NCBI GenBank assembly: GCA_028282845.1 | Contig: JANQGY010000013.1 | Coordinates: 197,350 to 261,349 of the forward strand | Origin: a bacterium | Lineage (GTDB): Bacteria; Fidelibacterota; Marinisomatia; Marinisomatales; JAHJCW01 | Direction: 5' to 3' | Length of the DNA stretch: 64,000 nucleotides | Shown here: piece by piece, positions 10,675 to 19,670 of the stretch | How the letters are laid out: every line of letters begins with the position of its first letter | Position numbering within the stretch: the first letter of the stretch is position 1 | Position numbers and translations under genes: made by a program | The notes under the pieces: generated by a model | Database searches by the model: none | What the model saw: the letters and a program-made list of their open reading frames with translations, nothing else | What the model was told of the DNA's origin: nothing

Positions 10675-12231
10675 ATGGAACAATTAGTTAAAAATGCTGC
10701 CGGTCGCTTAGTTCCAACGGTTGTAAATGGCGTAAAACAAACACCCTTTCAAGGGGTTGGAAAATATAAACCAAGCGGAAAGAAAGCAGCACCGCCAATC
10801 CGTTCTTGTTCGGAATACCCTGCCGATGGAAACAAAATAATTAAATCTCTGAAAGATGCCCTATTAAAATGTGGATTGCAAGATGGAATGACAATATCAT
10901 CGCATCATCATTTCAGGAATGGCGATCTAGTGATGAATCAGGTTTTTGACATCGCTGCTAAAGAAGGAATAAAGGGGCTGCGATGGTTTCCATCAGCTGC
11001 CTTTCCCTGCCATAAACCGGTAATTGATCATATTAAAAATGGTGTTGTTGATTGGGTTGAAGGATCGTTGAATGGTCCGCTTGGCGATAACGCTTCCCAC
11101 GGGAACATGAATGGAACGGCAGTTCTGCGGAGTCATGGCGGAAGGTGGCAAGCTATACAGGACGGCGAGGTGCATATAGATATAGCAGTTATTGCCGCGC
11201 CAACAGCCGATGCTTTCGGTAACGCCACCGGCGATAGAGGTCCATCAGCTTGCGGACTATTAGGTTTTGGTTTAGCGGATTCAATGTATGCTGATAAGGT
11301 GATTGTCGTTACCGATAATTTGGTTCACTTCCCTTGTGTGCCTTGGCAGATTCAAGGTCAGAATGTTGACTACGTTGTTGTTTTGGATAAAGTCGGTGAA
11401 CCGGAAAAGATTGTCAGTGGCACCACTCAGCTCACAAAATCACCTGATCGTTTACACATCGCTGAATTAACAGCGAAATTTGTTAGAAAAGCCGGAATCT
11501 TGAAGGATGGATTCAGTTTCCAAGCCGGAGCCGGTGGAACCGCGCTTGCTTTTGCAATCTTTTTAAAAGAAATGATGAAGGATGAGGGGATCAAAGCAAG
11601 GTTTATTCGAGGCGGCTCCACAAGGTATTTAGTTGAAATGTTGGAAGAAGGTCTGACTGATTTCATTTTAGATGGGCAAACATTTGATCTTGAAGGTGTG
11701 CGCTCAATGCGCGAGAATTTTGGTCACATTAATACATCACCATTCACAAGTTACAATTGGCACGGCAAAGGAAATTTTGCTTCGATGCTCGATGTAGTTG
11801 TGCTAGGTGCTACAGAGGTCGATGTCAATTTCAATGCCAATGTTGTGACCCATTCCGATGGACGGATGCTGCATGGCATCGGCGGATGGCAAAATTGTTT
11901 GTTTAGTAAATGTACAATTTTGCCGATACCGGCGTTCAGAAATAGAATTCCGGTAATCGTAGATAAAGTAACAACTTTAGTCGGACCCGGAGAATTGGTT
12001 GATGTTATTGTAACTGAACGTGGAATAGCCATCAATCCGCTGCGAAAAGACTTAATAAGAGCTACCAAGAACAGCGGTTTACCAATCCGTAAAATTGAAG
12101 AGATTAAAGCTGAGATTGATGACTTGATTGGCGGACAACCTGCCAAGCCTGAATTAGATGACGAAGTGGTTGGAATTGTCAAATGGGTTGATGGTACGGT
12201 CATCGATTCCATATTTAAAATTGCAGATTGA
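10675..12231 (+). CDS. citF: Citrate lyase alpha subunit (citrate CoA-transferase)
   Basis: GLQDGMTISSHHHFRNGD block and overall length (518 aa) match CitF. Confidence 0.9.
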   Translation: MEQLVKNAAGRLVPTVVNGVKQTPFQGVGKYKPSGKKAAPPIRSCSEYPADGNKIIKSLKDALLKCGLQDGMTISSHHHFRNGDLVMNQVFDIAAKEGIKGLRWFPSAAFPCHKPVIDHIKNGVVDWVEGSLNGPLGDNASHGNMNGTAVLRSHGGRWQAIQDGEVHIDIAVIAAPTADAFGNATGDRGPSACGLLGFGLADSMYADKVIVVTDNLVHFPCVPWQIQGQNVDYVVVLDKVGEPEKIVSGTTQLTKSPDRLHIAELTAKFVRKAGILKDGFSFQAGAGGTALAFAIFLKEMMKDEGIKARFIRGGSTRYLVEMLEEGLTDFILDGQTFDLEGVRSMRENFGHINTSPFTSYNWHGKGNFASMLDVVVLGATEVDVNFNANVVTHSDGRMLHGIGGWQNCLFSKCTILPIPAFRNRIPVIVDKVTTLVGPGELVDVIVTERGIAINPLRKDLIRATKNSGLPIRKIEEIKAEIDDLIGGQPAKPELDDEVVGIVKWVDGTVIDSIFKIAD

Positions 12232-12275
12232 AGAATTAAATGGAATTAATAAATACAGATTAAAAAAGGAATTAT

Positions 12276-12806
12276 ATGAAATCAAAAATATTAGAACTAT
12301 GGCCTGAAATAGATTGGATAGAAAATAAAGAAATCAGAGAGAAAACCGCAAAATGCTGGGAATATGCAATAGAAAAAAGTGTATTGTCAGCCGAAGATTT
12401 AGAAGAAATACCATTCTCATTATTGATCAAAGACTGCAATGTTACTTTTATGAATCATAAAAGAACCTGTGTGCAATTGGCGGTAGATATTGCCAAACGT
12501 ATGAAAGATAATTTTGGTGATGAGATTGACATTGACATGGATATCCTTATCTCAGGTGCCATACTGATTGACATTGGTAAGTTAATTGAATACAAAATTG
12601 AAGATGGCAAATTAACTACAAGTAATTTTGGTAAGATAGTCCGTCATCCGTTCAGCGGAGTTGCAATTGCAGACAGATTTGACTTGCCGGCTGAGGTACA
12701 ACATATTATTGGCACACATTCCAAAGAAGGTGATTTGGGAATCCGTACTGTTGAATCAATAATTGTTCATCATGCTGATTTCGTAAGCTTTGAACCGTTT
12801 AAGTAA
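12276..12806 (+). CDS. HD-superfamily-like protein with a variant ID dyad
   Basis: H..R..VA helix followed by AILIDIGK where canonical HD proteins have LLHDIGK, then later HHAD. Confidence 0.5.
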   Translation: MKSKILELWPEIDWIENKEIREKTAKCWEYAIEKSVLSAEDLEEIPFSLLIKDCNVTFMNHKRTCVQLAVDIAKRMKDNFGDEIDIDMDILISGAILIDIGKLIEYKIEDGKLTTSNFGKIVRHPFSGVAIADRFDLPAEVQHIIGTHSKEGDLGIRTVESIIVHHADFVSFEPFK

Positions 12807-12814
12807 ATAATACA

Positions 12815-14791
12815 ATGTCACAAAATTTAATTGAAAAGATCGCGCAGAAATATGCTGTGGGTTTGGATGATGGTCAAGTGGTACACAGTGGTGATTATAT
12901 TACAATTCGTCCGGAACATATTTTAACGCACGACAACACTGGTGCTGTGATGGGAAAGTTTAAGGCAATCGGTGCATCGAAAATGGATAATCCACAGCAG
13001 CCCATGTTTGCCTTAGATCATAATGTTCAAAATAAGTCAGAAGAGAATCTTCAAAAATATAGAAATATTGAAAAATTCGCTGATGAGATGGGCGTGGACT
13101 TTTATCCTGCCGGACGCGGGATCGGACATCAAATTATGCTTGAAGAGGGATATGCATTTCCGGGCGAAATGGCAGTTGCTTCCGACAGTCATTCCAATAT
13201 GTACGGTGGTCTTGGCTGTCTCGGTACTCCGGTCGTACGAACCGATGCTGCCGGAATTTGGGCTACCGGGAAAACATGGTGGCAAATACCACCGATAGCT
13301 ATGGTCGAATTAACCGGTAAACTGCAACCCGGTGTAACCGGCAAAGATGTCATCATATCATTAGCCGGACATTTCAATAATGACGAAGTATTGAATCACG
13401 CTTTGGAATTCACCGGAGAGGGTGTTTCATCTATTTCCATTGATGACCGCTTGGCGATTGCCAACATGACAACAGAATGGGGAGCATTGGTAGGATTATT
13501 CCCAATCGATGATAAAGTGATCGAATGGCTGAAAAACCGAGCAGATTTAATCAGTAAACGAGGATTAGAAGGGGTACCATCGGATGGTGATGGGGGAATA
13601 CATCCACGAATTAATGAAGATAGAATAGCTGAATTGATTGACGAAGATCTTAAGGCCGATAGAGATGCATTTTACGCAAAAATAATTACATTGGATTTGA
13701 GCACCGTCACTCCGCACGTAGCCGGTCCTGATAATGTTAAAACCAAAACAAGTATTGCTGAAATTGGCAAACAGGATGTAAAAATTAACAAGGCTTATTT
13801 AGTATCTTGTGTTAATAGTAGGGTGAGCGATATTGCCGAAGCGGCCAAAGTTTTAGAAGGGAAAAAGATCGCGGATGGAGTAGAGTTCTATATTGCTGCC
13901 GCTTCCAAGGAAGTTCAGGAAGAAAGTATTAAGCACGGTGATTGGCAAATAATTAAAGAAGCCGGAGCGATGGAATTACCACCGGGTTGTGGTCCTTGTA
14001 TAGGTCTTGGCGTAGGTTTGTTGGAAGATGGTGAAGTTGGAATTTCAGCAACAAATCGCAACTTCAAAGGACGCATGGGCAGCCGCGAAGCAAAAGCATA
14101 CTTAGGTTCACCTGCAGTTGTTGCGGCATCGGCGATTGCCGGTAAGATTACCGGACCTGAAAATTTTACTGATATTGATCTGAAGACATCCATAACTGAG
14201 AATAAAAAACAGGCAGCTGGAGAAGTTAGTGTCAAATTGCTGAAAGAATTCCCCGAGCAAGTTAGCGGAGAAATGATCTTTTGTCCGCAAAACAACCTGA
14301 ATACCGATGGAATTTATCCTGGCAAATATACGTATATAGATGACTTTACACCGAAACAACAAGCTGAAGTTGTAATGGAAAACTATGATCCCGAATTTGT
14401 AAAAATTGTTAACAAGGGTGACATTCTGATTGGCGGGTACAGTTTTGGATCGGGTTCATCGCGGGAACAGGCTGCTACCGCGTTAAAATATAGAGGTATC
14501 CAATTAGTGATTGCCGGCTCATTCAGTCAAACATATAAACGTAATGCAATAAATAACGGATATATTGTTATTGAAGCACCCGAATTGGTGAATGACCTAA
14601 AAACCAATTTTAATGCTGAGATTGATTCAGGTGAACTGACAATAAAAACAGGTATCCAAGTCGAAGTTAACTTCAAGAAATCACAATTAATTACGGAATC
14701 AAAAGTTTATGATATTGGTCCTGTTGGTGCAGCTGCTCAGGAATTGGTGATTGAAGAAGGTTTGGAGAATTGGGTTAAAAACCGTTTATAA
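12815..14791 (+). CDS. Aconitate hydratase (single-chain aconitase/homoaconitase family, short ~658-aa type)
   Basis: Fe-S ligand regions (ASDSHSNMYGGLG, CVNSR, PGCGPCIG, NRNFKGRMG) and a C-terminal swivel domain (GSGSSREQAA). Confidence 0.85.
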   Translation: MSQNLIEKIAQKYAVGLDDGQVVHSGDYITIRPEHILTHDNTGAVMGKFKAIGASKMDNPQQPMFALDHNVQNKSEENLQKYRNIEKFADEMGVDFYPAGRGIGHQIMLEEGYAFPGEMAVASDSHSNMYGGLGCLGTPVVRTDAAGIWATGKTWWQIPPIAMVELTGKLQPGVTGKDVIISLAGHFNNDEVLNHALEFTGEGVSSISIDDRLAIANMTTEWGALVGLFPIDDKVIEWLKNRADLISKRGLEGVPSDGDGGIHPRINEDRIAELIDEDLKADRDAFYAKIITLDLSTVTPHVAGPDNVKTKTSIAEIGKQDVKINKAYLVSCVNSRVSDIAEAAKVLEGKKIADGVEFYIAAASKEVQEESIKHGDWQIIKEAGAMELPPGCGPCIGLGVGLLEDGEVGISATNRNFKGRMGSREAKAYLGSPAVVAASAIAGKITGPENFTDIDLKTSITENKKQAAGEVSVKLLKEFPEQVSGEMIFCPQNNLNTDGIYPGKYTYIDDFTPKQQAEVVMENYDPEFVKIVNKGDILIGGYSFGSGSSREQAATALKYRGIQLVIAGSFSQTYKRNAINNGYIVIEAPELVNDLKTNFNAEIDSGELTIKTGIQVEVNFKKSQLITESKVYDIGPVGAAAQELVIEEGLENWVKNRL

Positions 14792-14820
14792 ACCACGAAT
14801 TGAACGAAAAACACGAATTC
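14791..14820 (+). repeat. Copy 1 of the short AACCAC(G/A)AATT... motif, directly after the aconitase stop
   Basis: aaccacgaattgaacgaaaaacacgaattc. About 19/24 identical by hand alignment to the copy at 16451. Confidence 0.5.
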
Positions 14821-14825
14821 TTTAA

Positions 14826-15203
14826 ATGAAAAACAAAGAGATCATTTATAAAGAATTATCTTACCAAATTATTGGTTGTGCAATAGAAGTGCATAAACAA
14901 TTGGGTGTTGGTTTTTTAGAATCTGTTTATGAAGAAGCCTTTAAATTAGAATTAAAAGCAAAAGATATTTTATTTAAATCACAAGAAAAATACTCTGTTG
15001 TTTACAAAAATACTATTATAAAAGATTTTTATTGTGATTTAGTGATAGATGATAAAATCGTAATTGAGTTAAAAGCCACAAGACAAATCACAGATATTGA
15101 AAGAGCGCAAATACTTAATTACCTCAAAGTAACAAAATTGAAATTAGGTATAATAATAAACTTTGGTGAAAAATCACTACAGTATGATAGGATATTATTA
15201 TAA
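14826..15203 (+). CDS. GxxExxY family protein (small PD-(D/E)XK-fold protein)
   Basis: Family-defining GFLESVYE (GxxExxY) motif, DLVIDDKIVIELK (D..ExK-like) and ILNYLK tail. 125 aa. Confidence 0.85.
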   Translation: MKNKEIIYKELSYQIIGCAIEVHKQLGVGFLESVYEEAFKLELKAKDILFKSQEKYSVVYKNTIIKDFYCDLVIDDKIVIELKATRQITDIERAQILNYLKVTKLKLGIIINFGEKSLQYDRILL

Positions 15204-15211
15204 ATATTTTT

Positions 15212-15235
15212 GTGCAATTGGTGAAATTTGTGGTT
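15212..15235 (-). repeat. Copy 2 (inverted) of the AACCACAAATTTCAC motif
   Basis: The reverse complement aaccacaaatttcaccaattgcac matches 16451..16474 at 21/24 positions by hand alignment. Confidence 0.55.
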
Positions 15236-15252
15236 AGAAATTAGGAGAAATA

Positions 15253-16449
15253 ATGTCAAGAAGAACAATAGTAGCAATGCCCGGTGACGGCATTGGTAAA
15301 ACCGTATTAGATGAAACGATTCGTGTACTTGATGCAGCCGGATTTGAGGCTGATTATGTTGAGGGTGATATCGGATGGGAATTTTGGTGCAATGAGGGTA
15401 ATCCATTACCCCAAAGAACTCTCGATCTAATTGAAAAGCACAAGATCGGCTTGTTTGGTGCAATCACATCCAAACCTAAAGATGAGGCTTTCAACGAACT
15501 TAAACCCGAGTTACAGGAAAAGGGATTGGTTTACTCGAGTCCGATTGTTGGTTTGCGCCAACATTTTGGATTAGATATATGTTTAAGACCATGTAGGACA
15601 TATAAAGGTAATCCGTTGAACTTTATTCGCCGTGGACAAGGCGATGTCATTGAAGAACCGGAAGTAGATGTGGCAATTTTCCGCCAGAACACTGAAGGAT
15701 TATACGGTGGCGTTGAATGGAGTGATCCTCCCGAGCATGTGTATGATGCCTTAATGACTCATCCAAAATTCAGTAAAAATTTTGGTTGGAGCCCCAAAGA
15801 AGATATCTCAGTATCAACTAGGATATTCTCCAAAAAATTTACCGAAAGAATCCTGAGAGCCGCATTTGAGCATGCCAAGAAATATGGCTATAAATCAGTC
15901 ACGGTTTGTGAAAAGCCAAATGTTATCCGTGAGACATCCGGTATGATGTATAAAATGGCACAGCAGATCCAAAAAGCAGACTATCCGAACATTGAATTGT
16001 GGAATACAAACATAGATGCACAAATGATGTGGCTCACCAAAAATCCGGAGAATTATGGTGTGATCGTAGCTGGAAACATGTTTGGGGATATTGTTTCCGA
16101 CGGATTCGCCGGTCTCATCGGCGGTTTGGGCTTTGCCTGCAGTGCACAGTATAATCCTGAAACCGGCATCGGAGTATTTGAACCGACTCACGGTTCTGCA
16201 CCGAAATACGCCGACTATCCGGTATCAATCGTCAATCCGATTGCCATGATGGAATCGGCCTGTATGATGCTCGATTTTATAGATGAACAGGAAATTGCCA
16301 AAAAGATTCGTAAGGCGATAGCCGAAGTTGTTGAGGAAGGCAAAGTAAGAACTTACGACATGGCAAAAATGCCCGGCCGAGCTGATGTTGTTGATAATGG
16401 TGCTGCCTCAACCGAAGAAATGACTGACGCGATCATCACAAAATTATAA
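15253..16449 (+). CDS. icd: Isocitrate/isopropylmalate dehydrogenase family enzyme, likely isocitrate dehydrogenase
   Basis: N-terminal GDGIGKTV, the NMFGDIVSD metal/substrate motif and GSAPKYA. Context next to aconitase. RBS aggag 8 nt upstream. Confidence 0.8.
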   Translation: MSRRTIVAMPGDGIGKTVLDETIRVLDAAGFEADYVEGDIGWEFWCNEGNPLPQRTLDLIEKHKIGLFGAITSKPKDEAFNELKPELQEKGLVYSSPIVGLRQHFGLDICLRPCRTYKGNPLNFIRRGQGDVIEEPEVDVAIFRQNTEGLYGGVEWSDPPEHVYDALMTHPKFSKNFGWSPKEDISVSTRIFSKKFTERILRAAFEHAKKYGYKSVTVCEKPNVIRETSGMMYKMAQQIQKADYPNIELWNTNIDAQMMWLTKNPENYGVIVAGNMFGDIVSDGFAGLIGGLGFACSAQYNPETGIGVFEPTHGSAPKYADYPVSIVNPIAMMESACMMLDFIDEQEIAKKIRKAIAEVVEEGKVRTYDMAKMPGRADVVDNGAASTEEMTDAIITKL

Positions 16450-16450
16450 T

Positions 16451-16480
16451 AACCACAAATTTCACGAATGACACAAAAAT
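16451..16480 (+). repeat. Copy 3 of the AACCACAAATTTCAC motif, directly after the icd stop
   Basis: aaccacaaatttcacgaatgacacaaaaatt. Confidence 0.55.
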
Positions 16481-16560
16481 TATAATTATTTAACCTGCAC
16501 AATTAGAAGTTTTTTAATTAATGTTATTTGTGTAATTCATAGTTTAAAAAGGAGTAAAAA

Positions 16561-17997
16561 TTGGAAAAATCAATTGCAAGACAAATAGCCGAATTCGCAG
16601 TTAATCTAAAATATGAAGATTTACCGGACGAGGTTATTCTTGAGGTAAAAAGATATTTATATGACTCCATAGGCTGTGCCGTTGGTTCCGTAAATACTAA
16701 AGATGTAAATGCCATTCGTGATATCTATACGGAAATGGGCGGTAATGGAGAGGCAACGACTCTTGTGTTTGGTGACAAATTGCCGGCAGTGAATGTTACT
16801 TTGATCAATTCCTTAATGATCCGTGCACTCGATTTCAATGATATATATTGGAAAGAAGACCCAAGTCATCCATCAGATATTATTCCGGCTGCACTATCAG
16901 CTGCCGAGCGGGTAGATGCTTCAATGGAAGATGTGATTGTTGCAATCGTGCTCGCTTATGAATTTGAACAAAGACTGTGCTTATTTGCTAAACCCGGTGT
17001 GCGTGAAAGGAAATGGCATCATGCTACATTAACACAATTTGTGTCACCAATTGTAGCAGGAAAAATACTTGGTCTTACTGTAGATGAAATGGTGAATGCT
17101 ATTGGCATTAGCGGTTGTCATAATCATACCATCGGTTGTCCGACAGCCGGCGTACTGACGATGATGAAAAACACAGTTGATCCAATGGCGGTGCAGTCAG
17201 GAGTATTGGCAGCATTAATGGCGCAAAAGGGTTATTCCGGTACCGAGAAAGTGTTTGAAGGTAAGGAAGGTTTTATGGACGCTTTCATTGGCTGGGATGT
17301 GAAAAATGCTGAAGTAAAAGCAACCGATATGCAAGGCAGAGATGGAATATCCGCTTGGAGTTGGGATGTTGATGCGTTGGTCGGCGACCTTGGTAAATCA
17401 TATAAAATATTGGAATGCGGAATGAAGGCATTTCCAACAGAGGCACTGACACATACCCATATTTCCTGCGCTCTTAATGCAATGATCAATAATAATTTAG
17501 ATTATACAGATATTGATGAAATAAAAGTCACCGCATTTGCGCAAGCCTATGACATTTTATTTGATCCTGCTAAATACAGACCTGAATCACGTGAAACCGC
17601 CGATCATTCCTTGCCGTACTGCTTAGCGGTAGCTATCGTAGATAAAAAAATCACTACCGAATCATTCTCGGATGAGAAATTAAAGGATCCGCGCATCTTC
17701 GAAGTGATCGATAAAATTAAAGGCGAGCCGTCTCAAGAATTCGAAAAGATGTTCCCGGCCAAACAACCATCAAAAGTAGTTATAACCACCAAGTCCGGAG
17801 ACAAATTTGAAGAATATTTGGAATATCCGAAAGGTGATCCGCGTGAGCCAATGACAATTGATGATCTTGAAAACAAGTTTAATTCGTTGGCAATGATTAA
17901 ATTCGATGATGCTGAAATGAAACATTTAAAAGATGTTATATTTGACTGCGAAAAATATTCTGCAAAAGAATTCATGGAAGAAATGGTCGCGAAATAG
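16561..17997 (+). CDS. MmgE/PrpD family protein (2-methylcitrate dehydratase-like)
   Basis: TTG start preceded by aaaggag. The N-terminal pattern (FAVNLKYEDLPDEV..KRYLYDSIGCA) and length are typical of PrpD. Confidence 0.8.
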   Translation: MEKSIARQIAEFAVNLKYEDLPDEVILEVKRYLYDSIGCAVGSVNTKDVNAIRDIYTEMGGNGEATTLVFGDKLPAVNVTLINSLMIRALDFNDIYWKEDPSHPSDIIPAALSAAERVDASMEDVIVAIVLAYEFEQRLCLFAKPGVRERKWHHATLTQFVSPIVAGKILGLTVDEMVNAIGISGCHNHTIGCPTAGVLTMMKNTVDPMAVQSGVLAALMAQKGYSGTEKVFEGKEGFMDAFIGWDVKNAEVKATDMQGRDGISAWSWDVDALVGDLGKSYKILECGMKAFPTEALTHTHISCALNAMINNNLDYTDIDEIKVTAFAQAYDILFDPAKYRPESRETADHSLPYCLAVAIVDKKITTESFSDEKLKDPRIFEVIDKIKGEPSQEFEKMFPAKQPSKVVITTKSGDKFEEYLEYPKGDPREPMTIDDLENKFNSLAMIKFDDAEMKHLKDVIFDCEKYSAKEFMEEMVAK

Positions 17998-19167
17998 ATG
18001 AAATATATTGGTCCGGACTACTTTGATTTAACAGAGCTACTGACTGAAGAAGAGTTAGTTATTCAGAAGACTGCAAATGAATTTGTAAAAAATGAATTTC
18101 TGCCGATCATTCAGCAGCATTTTCGGAATGCCACCTTTCCATTGGATTTAGTTCCCAAACTTGGTGCGCTCGGCGTATTTGGACCAACATTGCCATCACA
18201 ATATGGTGGATCAGAGATCAGTAACGTTGCCTATGGACTTCTAATGCAAGAATTGGAGCGCGGTGATTCAGGGCTGCGCTCCTTTGCTAGTGTACAGGGT
18301 GGTTTGGTAATGTATCCGATTTGGCGATATGGTTCAGAAGATCAAAAGAAAAAATGGCTTCCTAAGTTGGCGGAAGGTGAGCTTATTGGTTGCTTTGGAC
18401 TTACCGAACCCGAGTTTGGCTCTAATCCCGGAGGAATGATAACCCATGCTAAACGTGATGGTGACAATTGGATAATAAATGGTACTAAGATGTGGATTAC
18501 CAATGGGACAATCGCGGATGTAGCCCTCGTGTGGGCTAAAGATGAAGAAGGAACAATTAAGGGATTTTTAGTTGAAAAGGGAACAGATGGTTTCTCTGCT
18601 CCTGAAATGCATGGTAAACTTAGCTTACGCGCGTCAGTAACTTCTGAGTTAGTGTTTGATAATGTAATCATCCCTGAAAAAAATCAACTTCCCAAAGCTG
18701 AAGGATTAAAAGCGCCACTCTCGTGTTTATCTCAAGCTAGATACAGCATTGCTTGGGGAGCAATCGGAGCAGCCATAGATTGTTATGAGTCTGCCTTAAA
18801 TTATTCCAAAGATCGTAAACAATTCTCAAAACCGATTGCAGCCTATCAATTAACTCAGAAAAAATTAGTTGATATGCTTGAAGAAATAACCAAGGCGCAA
18901 TTATTAGCTGTTCAGCTTGGCAGGCTTAAGGATCAAGGAAAAGAAAAATTCACACAAATATCAATGGCAAAACGTAATAATGTTGCCATGGCGAGAAATA
19001 TCGCGCTAACAGCGCGCGAAATACTCGGAGCGAACGGCATAACTGATGATTACCCGATTATGCGGCACATGATGAATTTAGAGTCAGTTTATACTTATGA
19101 AGGCACGCATGAAATGCATACTTTGATAATCGGTAAAGATATAACCGGCCATGACGCTCTCGAGTAA
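17998..19167 (+). CDS. Acyl-CoA dehydrogenase, glutaryl-CoA dehydrogenase-like
   Basis: GCFGLTEPEFGSNPGGM, ARYSIAWGAIGAA and YEGTHEMHTLIIG blocks typical of GCDH-type ACADs. Confidence 0.85.
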   Translation: MKYIGPDYFDLTELLTEEELVIQKTANEFVKNEFLPIIQQHFRNATFPLDLVPKLGALGVFGPTLPSQYGGSEISNVAYGLLMQELERGDSGLRSFASVQGGLVMYPIWRYGSEDQKKKWLPKLAEGELIGCFGLTEPEFGSNPGGMITHAKRDGDNWIINGTKMWITNGTIADVALVWAKDEEGTIKGFLVEKGTDGFSAPEMHGKLSLRASVTSELVFDNVIIPEKNQLPKAEGLKAPLSCLSQARYSIAWGAIGAAIDCYESALNYSKDRKQFSKPIAAYQLTQKKLVDMLEEITKAQLLAVQLGRLKDQGKEKFTQISMAKRNNVAMARNIALTAREILGANGITDDYPIMRHMMNLESVYTYEGTHEMHTLIIGKDITGHDALE

Positions 19168-19235
19168 TGCAATTTGCCTCAATTTCCATTCTTTAGTATA
19201 ATTCACGACTAAATAACAAACAAAAGGAGTGAGTT

Positions 19236-19667
19236 ATGTATGACATTAACTATCTTGCCATATTAGTTTCGGCAATTGTCTTTTTTGCAATCGGCGCTTT
19301 ATGGTACAGCGATTCACTGTTCGGCAAATCCTGGCGCGCAGCGATGAGCAAGACCGATGAAGAGTTTGAAAAAGAACGTCAAGAGACCAATATGGGCAAA
19401 TCTTTTGGACTCATGTTCTTGGGTTCATTAATTATGGCTTTTGTTACTGCCCATCTCGTTGATATTATGGCAGTAGCATATCCTACGGCAACCAAGCTGA
19501 AATTAGGTCTTGTTAGTGGATTTTGGGTATGGTTTGGTTATATTGCTGCTTACGTGTTAACATCAGTTGCCTTTGAAAACAGGTCTTGGAAATATTATTT
19601 CATCAACACCGGATATTGGTTAGTAGGTGTTCTGATAATGGGAACAATATTGACTGCCTGGAATTAG
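19236..19667 (+). CDS. DUF1761-like small membrane protein
   Basis: INYLAILVSAIVFFAIGALWYSDSLFGKSW N-terminus and 4 predicted TM helices. Confidence 0.65.
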   Translation: MYDINYLAILVSAIVFFAIGALWYSDSLFGKSWRAAMSKTDEEFEKERQETNMGKSFGLMFLGSLIMAFVTAHLVDIMAVAYPTATKLKLGLVSGFWVWFGYIAAYVLTSVAFENRSWKYYFINTGYWLVGVLIMGTILTAWN

Positions 19668-19670
19668 CTT

